From the NCBI GenBank assembly GCA_951406725.2, contig OX597820.1, positions 123,752,001 through 123,816,000 of the forward strand: a stretch of 64,000 nucleotides of DNA. Reading direction: 5' to 3'. Every line of letters begins with the position of its first letter. Within the stretch, counting starts at the first letter, position 1. The DNA comes from Octopus vulgaris. Lineage: Eukaryota. The translations under genes and the position numbers were made by a program. Shown here piece by piece: positions 26,770-40,969 of the stretch. The notes beneath the pieces were generated by a model. That model was given only the letters and a program-made list of their open reading frames with translations. It did not search any database and was not told the DNA's origin.

Positions 26770-26930
26770 GGTGGTGAGCTGGCTGAATCGTTAGCACATT
26801 GGGCAAATTGTTTAGTAACATTTTGTGTTTTCACATACTGAGTTCAAATCCATTGTGGCCTATTTTGATTTTCAGCCTATGTGGGTCGAGAAGTAAGTGC
26901 AGTTGAGGGTCGATTTTATTGCTTGACTTC
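26770..26930 (+). mobile_element. Degenerate SINE family A
   Basis: GGTGGTGAGCTGGCTGAATCGTTAGCAC...GAGTTCAAAT...GGGTCGA. Confidence 0.65.
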
Positions 26931-27160
26931 CATGAAGGCACACTGGCAAGTAGAGATATACGTCCCTCTGTGATTCATCCACTAATGCCGTATCGCCAAT
27001 GAAATGAATCAATGATGATGAACAACCGGATGCCCAGGGCTATACAGACAATACTGTACTCATCCCAAATGTATAAATTCTTTTGTTAAAGTCATGTGAC
27101 TTGTGGAAATGCGCGTAACGATGTATTACATATTTATAAACTCCTAACTAAAATTATTGT

Positions 27161-27222
<62 letters not shown>

Positions 27223-27226
<4 letters not shown>

Positions 27227-27396
27227 GAAAAATCACAAAAACCAAAAGGTGAAGACAGGCGGTGTAGACAACAGATATATTAGTTTAACACTCGGGAAGT
27301 GAAACGTCTTTAACGTTTCGAGCCTACGCTCTCCCACAGAAAGAAACACAAAGAAATAAGGAGAGAAAATAAAGAATGGGTAGGGACTAGCGATCT

Positions 27397-27400
<4 letters not shown>
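27223..27400 (-). mobile_element. ~180-bp element with a variant hammerhead-like motif, embedded in (TA)n
   Basis: Reverse complement is homologous to 45569-45757. Motif TCTTT-CTGTGGGA-GAGC(GTAG)GCTC-GAAA-CG-TT-AAAGA at 27307-27344. (TA)n on both sides. Confidence 0.7.
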
Positions 27401-27452
<52 letters not shown>

Positions 27453-27634
27453 CTTATACATTTATATACATATATACATATACACATATACACATGAGAG
27501 TACTAGTTCAATCAGAATGAACATTTAACATTCTATTATTTTATTTTATTTTATTATAATATATTATATTATATTATATCATTATAAGATTGTAAATAAA
27601 ACGGGAAAATCAGACAACGTTGGAATTCCTTTTA

Positions 27635-27675
<41 letters not shown>

Positions 27676-30600
27676 CAATCTTACTTAGAAATGGATGCAT
27701 GCGTTCCGTCATATATTATATTAAAATAAATAAAACATATGCATATATACATACATATATGTACGTACCTACCTCTACATGTATATATACATGCATATAT
27801 GGGTACAGGACACCAAAAAAAAAAAAACGTCGAACACAATGATTTACGATTTACGTCAGTGCTTGACTTTGTATTGTTTGATCGGTATCCAGCATCCCTG
27901 TTTCGCGGTGATGATGCTACGTTGTAACCAATGTCACTGGCCCATTGGTTAGTTGTTATGAGTTGCTGTTTTTGCTGCTTGTTATCCGGTAATGGACAGA
28001 CGCGAACATAATAGAATATATTTATAGTGGGAATTATTAAACATATATGAATAATTCCTGGTAGAAATGTAGGACATGAGAAACGAGCTTTAGTATAACT
28101 AATATCGAGAGCGACGATACGATGAGTAAGGCTCGAGAAGCAAAGAAATGGTTGGTTCATCGTTATACATGAAGACTTTTGTCCTACTGGATGAAATTCA
28201 ACAAGGAAAACTTTGACGCTGTTTGGCAAAAGATTAAAATGTCTGTTCTCCGATAACTATTACAACCTCTGTAATTTTTCATGATGAGCTTTCGCTTTAA
28301 TAATAAGAAAGGTACGGTAAAAGCTCATAGAGCACTCGATTAATTGATGATATAGCATGATATCGTTGCAAGCTGATTGGTTGATAATCAGGACACGAGA
28401 CATGACTTGAGTGTGATCTACGCGTAGTGCAAACTTGACAACTGAAGAACCAAGGGTCAATTCTAGGTCTCATAATATAGAGATATGATATTTAGAGTTA
28501 CGAAGATATACAATTAATAAATATTAAACATGTTTTCCTAGCTATATATTAAATAATCATATTCTGATTATCCAAGTGGCTAAAGCATGCTACTACACAC
28601 TCACTCACACATATAATTACACATACATAGTTATATGAAAGAATTGAAATTCCCGTGCCTTATGTGGAGTAAAAGAGCATTTCCCCATAATATCGTTCTA
28701 AGAATGATATTATTTATGATCTAGTTCCTCATACGTTCCTCAATATATATCCTATATGAAATATGACGTTAGCAAATCCGTGATGAAAAATATTGAATAC
28801 TCAATGCTTTATTTGGTTTCAATTCAATAATGGTTCTTACGAGCGAAGACATTTTTCCTCTATAACGCTGATTAGACTAATATTACACTTTTGTGCAAAA
28901 CTAACATAATTATTCTAGAGATCAATGTAATTATGTAGATAATCTAATCTTTAATGTCCCCAGTCAAAATTTCCCTTTGGTGATTTATTTGATATTTAGA
29001 AATTTCCTTTCAAGATTTAGCTTATATTTCTTCATTAATTAATTAAAATGGTCTTTGATATTATTCGGTATTAGATTTGTATCCAGAAACTTTGTCACAA
29101 AAACAAAAGAAATCTATGTGTATATATGTGTTCGTTTTTCATTGCCAGTTAACACTTTCCCTAAAATTGAAGAATATAAATGTCTGTTTTCTGAAGTGTC
29201 ATATCGGTTATATGTCTCAGAAAGGTGTTATGGTAGCCGCTACATATGCGTTTTCCAAACTATAAGTAACGTTTTTCAACACCTGAAATTTACCAGATTG
29301 TGCCTTTACATAAAAGTATGATAGAAAGGAAGAAAGGTATTATAAAACTACCTAATATTTAAATAACGTGTTTTTCCCTAACACGTTTTCTTAGTCTACG
29401 TAGGTGAGAACTGCTCATCAGAAAATCTTCAGATAAACTGTGCCGTAGAATATCAGCGAAATACTCGGTCTTTCAAAGTGATTAATAGATTTAACTCTTA
29501 TCGTTCATCAGCAATGTAATGATATGAACTTAATATTTTCTAGTGATGTCCAAAATTGTCACAGTGACATGAAACAATGACATCTATGTTAACCAAATGT
29601 CAAACCAAAGTAAACACTTAAGTTTGCTAATTTGTGATATGCTTTAAAACGAATTCTCATTGATGTAACTTTAATGCGATTCCTCTAAAAATTGCTAATG
29701 AATAAATACTTAATTGGACAGAAATCACTTTCTGTACCAATTACAAAACACGCCTCGTTAATATAACTTGTGAAGTTGATTCTACTATAATCGGTTCATA
29801 ACCATATGCTTGCGGGTTTCCAAATTGCTTAAAGCATACCATACATATCTTAAATAAGAACCATGATAGAACGCAAATCTTCAACACATGTAAGCTTCAC
29901 AAAAATATTTGGGCTCCAAAACGACCTTTGTTTTGATAAGAGAAAAATCTATAGGTCTGGGTGTTGTAGCAGTGTTCATTAGCCATTTTATTCTCATGGT
30001 TCGAGTCGTATCTTTTGGTCCTTTATTTCATAGTAATCATTGGTATGTGTATTGCATATTGGATGAATTAATTAGTATAATGATGGCTACCTCGAACGTG
30101 AATTTTCTGTAAGTGAGGAACTATAACTAGTACATTGTCAATAACTGGAACCCAACAACAATTTTCATGATTGTTTCTACGTAGATTTTAGTGTTTATGG
30201 TTAGAACTTAAAGAAAAAAAACAATAAATTTTCTTACAAAGGCATGATATGAACGAACCTGTGCACATCAACATCCCAAAATAAAGTCAGTCATTTTTGC
30301 TGTCAATAGCGATCCTTTTAGCTTTTGGTGGAACATTTCATAAGAGATATCGCAGTTTTAATAAAACTTGAATTACTCTTAATATCAAGCTACAATTATG
30401 CTTTTGTATGTATCCGATGGTGCGACTGACAGTAACAGCTACGCATACTTATGCAATAATGTTCCAAATTTTATAAACATTTTCTGCATCAGTTTTAGAA
30501 AGGAAATATTTTACTGATCAGGAAACAACGTCTAACACAAACAAGTGAGGAATGTTTTACCTGATTACTCTACATGCTAAAGATGGTAGCTAAATTTTTC

Positions 30601-31307
30601 TCAACTCCGATACTACCGTCTTAAGAAAAGGAAGACGTATTCACTCATTTAATCCCACATGTTCTGAAACATTCGGGATAACCATGTTTATGATATTTCG
30701 GTTTGCTTAATCAAGGCCGTTATGACGTTGAAAAACAGCATCACCATCACCATCACCATCACCATCACCACTAACAAACCACCCTGCCAACCCAATCGTC
30801 ACCACTTAAAAACAACAGTCACTACAACAACAACAATAAGAACGAGCAAACAGAATCAGCTGTACATGGTCAATTTAACGAGTCCTGCTCTCTTCAGAGT
30901 GTTAATCTATCAATGTCAGATATACGATACAGGAAAGCAGAAAGAGAGAATGGAAATCAGTTTATCGTTTGGATTAGGGACCTGCTCACAGAGGCCGATT
31001 TTGACTTAAAAGGCAATAGATATGATAAATTCATGCGCATTTTAGCAGCCAATCCGTAGCCATATTATAATTGTTCATATGCTTCTTTTAGTGCAACTGC
31101 ATTACTTTGTGACTCCTGAATCCCACTAAAATAACAAGACTTTAGATTACGCGATGAAAACCTCACTTTTAAGTTTAACTATTGGCATAGTCGCCTCAAA
31201 CTTGGCGAAACATACTCTAAGCGTTATTTTGACCCAACGGTTGCAACATAGATTGTAGAATATCAGTTTTCTAAATGTATAGAGACTTAAATACAACAAC
31301 AAAAAAT

Positions 31308-32280
<973 letters not shown>

Positions 32281-32939
32281 AACTACAGCAAACCAGGTGT
32301 GTTACACCACACCTCTCCAGTAATCTGTCCTTCATTTATCTTTTGGTAAATCTTCAATTCCTCAATTTCGTCTTGTGTGCCTATGCCAATAATATCAATG
32401 TAGCTGAGAGGTATTCATTCATATCAACGTGAGAAACTCCCAGAAATATATCATCAAATATGGCCTCATGCACAGCACAATCATTATGGTCAGCATGGAA
32501 TATTCCGCATTGAACAACAGTAGAGATTGGTGGAACGTTTCCGCGTAACTCCGATTTCGTCTGCTGATCATGTCATAAAATTTCTTAATTTCTCATGACA
32601 AGCCTGGTGTCGCATCGTCGAGACTAATTTGAGGCTCCTTCTTCATTGTCTATGTTCCAGTACCACAAATAAGAATCCTTTCTACATACGCCCTCAGCAA
32701 AACCGACCATGTAGACATTGAATTACTTGATTGTCAGATCTTGAAAATCTAGTTACGGGCATTTCAGGCTTCGTTGCGTGTCAGGAAGTTTCTATAGTGT
32801 CAGTCACAGAAAGACCACAACAATTGAGAACACTAACCTCATTGAATTTCCACCGCCAGGCAAGGACATTGGTTGCAGCCTTCTCAAAAGATGCTGACAA
32901 CACTTCTGATCGACATTTTAAGCTATATATACACTATAC

Positions 32940-33155
32940 TCTTTTCCTCTTTTACACTTTTACATGTTTCAATCATTTGACTGCGGCCATGCTGGAGCAC
33001 CGCCTTTAGTCGAGCAAATCGACCCCGGGACTTACACTTTGTAAGCCGAGTTCTTGTTCTATCGGTCTCTTTTGCCGAACCGCTAAGTCACGGGGACGTA
33101 AACACACCAGAATCGGTTGTCAAGCAATGCTAGGGGAACAAACACAGACACACAA

Positions 33156-33198
<43 letters not shown>

Positions 33199-33362
33199 CG
33201 ACAGGCTTCTTTCAGTTTCTGCCTACCTAATCCACTCACAAGGCATTGGTCGGCCCGGGGCTATAGCAGAAGACACTTGCCCAAGATGCCACACAGTGGG
33301 ACTGAACCCGGAACCATGTGGTTGGTTAGCAAGCTACATACCACACAGTCACTCCTACGCTT
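32940..33362 (-). mobile_element. tRNA-derived SINE family B (CORE-like segment, internal microsatellite)
   Basis: Minus-strand head GCGTAGGAGTGACTGTGTGGTA...GGTTCAGTCCCA, then TTGGGCAAGTGTCTTCT, internal (TA)/(TG) and an A-rich GTAAAAGA tail. 14-bp TSD TATATACACTATAC at 32926-32939 and 33368-33381. Confidence 0.9.
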
Positions 33363-33933
33363 ATCTCTATATACACTATACGAATATTTTACATATAATT
33401 GATGTAGGGCAGCAGTTTACTTGTTAAAATAAAAACATCTCAAAGTTTTCTTTTGATATAACGTTAATGGAGTCCTCATTGCAGTAAACATCGCATTTTT
33501 ACTTAACAGAATGTGGATTGTTAAATTGTCTTTAGTAAATAAATCACAACCATTTAACTTTTTCAAAGGTTCGAACTACCATATTTTGTTCTCTTGGTAA
33601 ATCATTAACTTTACCAGATTGACTTCTTTAACTATCACATGTAAATGACGCCGAGGAACATGGTATTTGTCGTCTGGTGTTCCAAATAATTTGGGGGGGC
33701 TAATTTCAGAAATGAAATCCATTTTGCGCTATCACGTTAAGATTTCTTACAAACTGCAATGTGGGATTTTTCAAAAGCATCTAAAAATAGATTTGGCTTC
33801 ATCAAATGCAGACCCATATATAGATCCTAAACAAATAATTTTAAAACATAGTTTTTTAATACCATTAAAAAATGACTAGAAAAGGGAAAACAAAAGTCAT
33901 GATTTAAGTAACGTTTATAAATTTTTGTTGCAA

Positions 33934-34110
33934 GATTCCTGATGTGAAACCGTGTGTCGAAACAGATATTGTATTTCGGGATGGTCATTTTTTTCCAAGT
34001 AAACTCACGCACTATATATTCGTTCTTCACTTATTTACTATTGTTTTTATTTTAACTCATGACTATTGTCCGGAAATCTTTCGTCACACATCTGTCACCT
34101 CTTCAGCGAC
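33934..34110. other. Short element bounded by two convergent hammerhead-like motifs
   Basis: Plus strand: CTGATGT-GAAAC(CGT)GTGTC-GAAA-CAGATATTG-TA (33939-33973). Minus strand: GTCG-CTGAAGA-G-GTGACA(GATG)TGTGAC-GAAA-GATT-TC-CGGAC (34110-34068). Confidence 0.5.
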
Positions 34111-34339
34111 ACTTTCCGTCCTCGTGTGTGCCCTTGTTCCGCTTAGTCTAGTCTACATTAGCAATCAAACGCATACTATTTTCAATCTAACCAGTTGTAA
34201 AAGTCGTGAAGATGATAGAAGTTTTCTTCATTACAATTTAATGTTAATAAAAATCATATTTCTATGGTCGTTGATATCATACATGTTTCATATTTGTGGA
34301 ATTTGCTATGCTTGATTTGTTGAGACTCTCCTTGCAAAC

Positions 34340-35523
34340 CAGGTGAGGCATGTTTTGCTACAAAGTTAACAGTATGTTATGAAAAAATGGCCTTTTGAAT
34401 GCAGTCTTAATATTGTAACTGTGAGATCACATAGGTGATGGTCACTTTTGGAAAATATTGTCAAAGAACTGTAGAAAGAACTTCATGTTATATATGCTCT
34501 TCATGGAACTTTTCCACCACAAATCAGCATTTGCTTATTTGATACTTGTTTATAATTCCGAGAATAATTTCCTTATGTGACAACTGGCATGAATATATGT
34601 TTTGTACTTGAGAAATATGACCAGTTGTGAGACGAGAAAATGCAAAAACCGGCTTGATCTATACAGCTATATCTGTGGATGTTACACTTTAACTGAGCAA
34701 CGAAACAAAATCACAGATTCTGTAAAGAAAGCTTATCTTACTTTGGCTTGAAACGAGATGATCATGACAAAGCCTCCGCACCCCAAATAGTCCGAACATG
34801 TTTAGAAACACTGAGAGAGGGAATGTTTCGAAAATTTAAGCAGAAAGTTTTCAGCCTTGTCCTATGAGACTATTGAATTTGGTAGATTTGACGGGCCACG
34901 GACTAGGTGGCTACTGCAGGACGAGAAGTCTGCCGCTTAAAAAGAAGCGTGGTATGCTTTTGGTTCAGTTGTGTTTGATTTCTTAGCAAACGAAATATCG
35001 TGACATTATAAAGAACTTGCGAACACTCTGTTAACCAGCTTTCGAACAATGGGATGCAACGTGTGAGTAAAAGTGAATTCCCTGAACGGTTATCTGGACT
35101 ACTTCCTTAGAAATCATAGTGCAATGAGTGATGAGCAAGGAGAATGATTCCACTAAAACGTCAAGACCATGGAGATAAGATATCAAAGCAGGTGGAACAT
35201 TAGTATGTTGGCTGACCACTGCTAGTGTCAACAAAGAGACTCTCACGATGTAAGTAATTCGTGCTAAGCAGCAAAGAGAAAGTTCACTCCTTTACTAGCT
35301 GGAGCATGACTGACAAAAATAAGTCTTAAGATATGAAATTAGATATTTTGTGTAATGCATGTTCTAAACTATAAACAGTGTTGTTTTTGGTAAAATAATA
35401 TATTTAACAAAAATCATGGCGTGATATAAAATGTCTTAGGGTATTTATGCACCTAGCACCATCTAATTATGTCTGGTTGTAAGAAGCAAGCTAACTAAAA
35501 CATTTTCAAAAATGTTTCCCTGT
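34340..35523 (+). mobile_element. Internally deleted Chapaev3-type (CMC superfamily) DNA transposon relic
   Basis: RKCKN..D.Y.YICGCYT (~34635), FGLKRDDHDKASAPQIV (~34742) and MGCNV*VK...LDYF...SDEQGE*FH*NVKTMEIRYQSRWNISMLADHC (35049-35225). Element boundaries are approximate. Confidence 0.7.
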
Positions 35524-36692
35524 TTACTCAATACTCAATTTCTATATATTCAGTTAAAATATATATTTTTTATTCATTGTTATATTTTGTACTTAACTAG
35601 AAACACAGTATACACATAATATATAAATTCAATCACACGTACAAATACATACATGCATAATTACATATATGGTAATTAGTTAATTAGAAAGAAAGGAAGT
35701 CTTTACTTTTCTAATAATCTATCCATTTCCTATCTATTTTTTTCTATTTTTATTAATCTGCTTCGTTATTTACATATTTTGCCATCAACGCACGCGTTTA
35801 CATGCATAGATATATCTATGTATATATACAGACACAAGCCATCAGTGGTTACGGGTTAAGATCATCAATAGAACTGTCAAAATGTGTGAACTTTTTCTAA
35901 AAGTTTAATATATAAGTATATAAGTATGTAAGTACTTGGAACTGTTTTTATGAGTATACATACTTAAAGCAGATGATACAGATCTGCACCTACACCGACG
36001 CTGACTACTAACACATATACATACATACATGCAGACATGCACAGCCCTGCTCATGTTCATATTACAATGAAAGGGGCCTTGGATATAGTTTAGTAACCAT
36101 CTCTTTACTCTTTCTCCACTGGCGAATATTCTACAAAGAAAACTAAATAATCACACACGCACGCTCGCACTCTCACACACACGCACACCCAAATATATGT
36201 GTGCGTATTTAAGTAATGTTTTTGTATATGTTTCATAAGAAGTCAAGTGAAGTATTTTAGCTTAAGTAGACATTAAAGCTTGTTAGAAGTGAAATAATTG
36301 ATATAGACTTGAAATTTCGTGGCGAGTATTGAAAACAAACAGATAATCTGACGTTTCATCAAAACAACCGATGACAATTACTCAAGTACTAATTAACCTC
36401 TTTTCCCCCGATGTCAAAGGATTTTTAATATCATATTTCGAAATGTAACTTGAATAGCAATATTATTAGGAGCAAGTAAACAGTAATTTATATGTCGTAA
36501 TGGTATATCGTATTCTGTGTAACTAAGAGACAATTAATCAAACTGTAATTATCAGCTAAGCAAACATCATATGAAATGTATTCTATTTATCATTAATAAA
36601 TACCTTTTGTCATATATCTTGATCAGAAGTTCTTTTCGGACCTGAAGAAAAATTGATTCCTGAATGTAAGTTTACTTATATTACAGTCTTGG

Positions 36693-36923
36693 GGCGGCGA
36701 GCTGGCAGAAGAGTTAACACGCCAGGCGAAATGCGTAGCCGTATTTCGTCTGCCGTTACGTTCTGTGTTCAAATTCCGCCGAGGTCGACTTTACCTTTCA
36801 TCCTTTCGGGGTCGATAAATTTATTACCAGTTACGCACTGGGGTCGATGTAATCGACTTAATCCCTGTGTCTGTCCTTGTTTGTTCCCTCTGTGTTTGGC
36901 CCCTTGTGGGTAGTAAAGAAATA
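36693..36923 (+). mobile_element. SINE family A, full length
   Basis: GGCGGCGAGCTGGCAGAA...GGTCGATAAATT...GCCCCTTGTGGGTAGTAAAGAAAT. 12-bp TSD TATATTACAGTC at 36677-36688 and 36924-36935. Confidence 0.9.
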
Positions 36924-36930
36924 TATATTA

Positions 36931-37159
36931 CAGTCGTGGCCAAAAGTTTGGAATATAGGTCCGAAAATTACATTTATTAACTGTAAGCAATTTGGTCTAC
37001 AACTATATTTTGGATTTTGCTTATTCTTCCAGATATTGAATTATTGGATCAGTTATTTGGTAAGTATATCTCTACACCGTATATATTTGAAGCGAATTGT
37101 ACTTGAGCATAACGATTTTAATTTTTTTCAAATATGTTCCAAACTTTTGCCCACAGCTG
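36931..37159. mobile_element. Tc1-type MITE
   Basis: Left TIR CAGTCGTGGCCAAAAGTTTGGAA follows a TA; right TIR TTCCAAACTTTTGCCCACAGCTG; non-coding interior. Confidence 0.8.
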
Positions 37160-37209
37160 TGTATATATGCACACCCCAAGTAAGTAAAATCAGATTTTTA
37201 GGCTTGTGT

Positions 37210-37960
37210 TTGACACGATTTTGTAGCAACATTTAACGGATTGCGTATAATACTTTGATGCTTATTTGATGTCATCGAATTGTGTATTTCTTGTGTTGAA
37301 GGAAATGATTTATAGAATCAGTGTAGATTTGGACTTGTGTTGAAAATACATGGATGTAATCCTTATATGTGTTACGTTAAGGTAAAGTGATGATTTGTAT
37401 CATCTGCCGAAGAATTAGCGGCGCTAGATGAGACAGAAGACAAGTCGTTAATATACAGGCGGGAAAGCTTTGGGGATGTAATCGAACCTGGAGGGATACA
37501 AGACCGTTGGGGATGTAATCAAACCTGGAGCGTTGGACCAAGTAAGGCTAGTTAATCCACACATGGGTGGAGGAGTCAAAAAAAATAATCTTCTAGCCGA
37601 AGATTTCGGAGCATGATGAAATGTAGCGGCAGGCAGCTTACCTTGAAGGTTCTTGTATGAAATACACTTAAGGACATAACTGAAGTCAGCTATACCTTTT
37701 TTACCTTCTCAGTAGTTTTGAATGAGAGAGATACTTAATGAGTGAGGCAGGGAAACACCTAACGATTACATGTGTATCTACGAAAGACACTGGTTTTAAC
37801 GAAAGAGTTGAAGAGACACAATATATTTGAGAAAGTTATTATTAGCGATAGATTGCACCATCTTAGAAACTTTAGAAATGTAGACGATAATTGAGTAGAT
37901 GGTAATGTTTGAAAGGCTGCTTCCTTGAGGAAAGAAAAGTTTTCTTCTCCGCTCTATCAG
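37210..37960 (-). mobile_element. Highly degenerate CR1/Jockey-group LINE RT fragment
   Basis: Minus strand reads IPPGSITSPKL..LYINDL (~37500-37440) and S.ADD (~37410), resembling GVPQGS.LSP.LF...INDL and (Y/F)ADD. Confidence 0.55.
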
Positions 37961-39314
37961 TTTTCAAATGACAGGTGATAGATTCTGCGAGGCTCTTGAT
38001 GTACATTTCTCATGGGAAAATTCAAAGATATTTCCTATTAAGTTCTTTCGAATACAACACACTCTAGCATATCCAAACGTGTCAGAGCCCACTTACGCAA
38101 AGGACGTCCTCTGCAATAACCTGTAAACTGTATGCCCCAAATATCTTAACAGAGACACGCTCCAACATATTTCTAAACCGTATAATGTGCATTATTCAAA
38201 GTTACTGGAAAAAAATATCGTTGCATCAATAGGCGTGGTACTTTTGAAGCGATCGTTGTTACCACACATGGGTATTCGGCTGGGTCACCGTTAGCATCTT
38301 GCAACACTCTGATGCATCCTAGGCCATTATTAACAATGAACACGCCCCTTCGGGTTTGAAAGTCATGACCAAACATGACCAAACGAAAGAGCTTCTGTAC
38401 GTGTCCTTACTCATTTTTAAGAATAGAGGCTGTGATTTAAGGCAGACTCGCCTTCACATTCTACAAAAGCAGCTAATCTCCCTTAAATATCTCCCTCCTA
38501 TCTCAGAAAGAGTAAAAACGTTAAATAATAATATCCCTTGAATATTGAATCTATTTCAGAGATACCCTGTGGCTAAAAACCAGTAACGATTCATACACAA
38601 GACAGAAATGGGATAAAATAATTACAAATTGTTTGTTAACGAAATCTTTCTATTATATTATATATATTTTTTTAATACTTTATTCTGAAACATATTGTAG
38701 ACAGAACTAATATTACGTACGATTTCCTGAAACTAATTTCTGCATGTCCAGTGGAAATATGTTAGATATTAAATACTGGGATCCATCGTGACTAGATTTG
38801 TGGATACGTGTATATTACAGTTATCATATTAACGATAATATCCATTAGCTTTTCCTACTTCCGTTCGTTGTATTCATGATAATATAAACTAAAAACGAGG
38901 AATAAGATTTATTGCTGTTTCCAGATTGAGATAATCTATCCTATAGTGTGATCATTTGAAAACAATGCTGTAAAATAATTACTTACAATCTACTGTAATA
39001 TTTCACACGTTGCAGTTCACATGTAATGCATGCGCCTTCATGAGTATTGACATATTTCTCAGCATTTATATTTTCTTTCTCTTTCTTTCTTTCGTTTTAG
39101 CTATCGCAGTTAGGGTCAGGTTTAGGGTTCTTTTCGTTTCTTGGCGACTTGTCAGTATCTATAAAGCTGCTCAACAGGATTTCTTCTTATCTTTACCCAA
39201 CTTTACCCTTCATCTATCCGGTCGTAACAGTTAAAATACTTGCGTTAAGGTCATTGAGTTAGTGGTTCCCTAAAATATCACTGGCCTAATTTCTCAACAA
39301 GAAATAAATATAAA

Positions 39315-39510
39315 AGCCGCGAGCTAGCAGAGAAAATTATTTTGCAAATTTGTTCTTGACGTTCTCAGTTCAAATTTCGTTTATGTCACCTTTACCTTTC
39401 ATTCTTTTCAGAGTGTGTAAGATACAATACCAGTGAAGTACTGAAGTCGGTGGAACTGAATAATCCATACCCTCAGAATTGCTGGCCTTGTAACTAAATC
39501 TGAAATTATT
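39315..39510 (+). mobile_element. Degenerate SINE family A ((ATT)n-tail variant)
   Basis: GCGAGCTAGCAGA...GTTCAAATT...CTTTACCTTTCATTC...GGCCTTGT...ATTATT. Confidence 0.55.
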
Positions 39511-39705
39511 ATTACCCCCGCCTTTGCGAAGGCGGAGGTATTGTTTTCAGTGGTGTGAGTTTGTGTTTTTTTGTTTGTCCGTGGACAAGATATCTCAACG
39601 GTGGATGGATTCAGATGAAACTTTCAGGGATGCTTAGACCTGTGACTGGCACAAACTGATTACATGTTGGGATCGATCCGGTACATGGCACCGATTCTGA
39701 TTTTA
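39511..39705 (+). mobile_element. Helentron-associated non-autonomous element (HINE/DINE-1-like) fragment
   Basis: ATTACCCCCGCCTTTGCGAAGGCGGAGGTATTGTTTTC with hairpin CCGCCTT/AAGGCGG, a GTTTGTCCGT proto-microsatellite, then GATATCTCAA...GATT...ATGAAACTT. Confidence 0.65.
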
Positions 39706-40116
39706 TTTATTTTACATGTATATGTATAGTTCCACATAGTTCCCATTTTCACGCACATACATATCTACATATACTCACACATTTTCAGCATTGAACTTTA
39801 TCATCCAAACTCTATTGTACACACACACACACACACTCTCACGCGCAGGCACGCACGCACGCAAACATATCTCTCTCTTTTTACACACGCATATATTCAC
39901 ACTTCAAACGCCTTTTATCGGCTTTTTAAATCTTTCCTTCGTTATTCATCTTCCACCCCTTCCTTTCTCATTCATACAACGCTCTCTTTGCCACTACGTT
40001 TCGATTTCTTCTTACTATCACTACTTTCTCTCACTCCCTCTCAGTCATGGCAATTACTTTCAATTCTTCTCCTTCACTGTATTAGTATTTCATCTCCTCT
40101 CCCTTCACCTCTCACT

Positions 40117-40176
<60 letters not shown>

Positions 40177-40399
40177 TTGCTACATGTAAATGGCTCACGC
40201 TATGAGGGACTCTTAAAGTCAAAACTACCATAATAAATACAGTGTACCGAATGCGAGGGAATGTAACTCTTCAAGCGAGCCCCTAAAGACAGATACAGCC
40301 TAAATCATATGATTTCATAGTTAGTGCACAAAATGCACTTTCTAATCGTGAGTGCAGGTATAATCAAGACACATAAAATGAACAAAAATTCAACATAGC

Positions 40400-40900
40400 A
40401 GAGAAACACCAAATGTCGTCCAGGTTCATGGTATCGGCTGCTATCAGCCACTGGGGTCCACCTGCGGTGGGTACTCCCTATTCGAATTCTTGATGTTCTC
40501 CTTCCCATATATATAGGTATGAATTCCATGTTGTCTATCTTTAAAGTTTCGATTGGATGGTATTGCGCATTTTCCTCACTTACCATTCTCTCCTCTATTG
40601 TGCCAAACTTTTTGCCGCGTGTTAAGTATTCAGTATCGGACCATATTTGTTATAAACCTTTTCCCACCGTTTCATTAGCCATTCTGTCTATTTTTCTGTT
40701 TTCAAGATTGTACGTTTTGTATATTATTGCTTTTCTTTTTTCCGCTTCTAACACTCTCCGTGGAGGTTCTACTTTGACTGTGGTTCCTTCTGTTGTAACA
40801 TATTTGTGTACTTTTTAAATTCTTTTTCTGTATTGAGTTGACCGGTTCGACTCCCGGCTGCTGTTGCAAAACTTTTGTTCTCTTCTTTTTGTAAACTTTC
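40400..40900 (-). mobile_element. Tx1-like LINE ORF1 fragment
   Basis: YLTRGKKFGTIEERMVSEE...FIPIYMGRRTSRIRI aligns by eye with YIARGKRFVMIELRLDTEE...IPTYFGRRVTKVKI at 51595-51741. Confidence 0.65.
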
Positions 40901-40969
40901 GGGCACTATCATCGATAGATGTGTTACGGTAGAATAAAATAGAAATCTAGTGATGGGTAAGAGCAATAC

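Noticed and set aside
29375-29425. Minus-strand CTGATGA...GAAAACGTG
   Set aside because: Stems I and II pair poorly; compatible with chance.
32400-32860. Possible RTE-type endonuclease remnant on the minus strand
   Set aside because: The similarity is too faint to support by eye; it needs a tBLASTn/HMM search.
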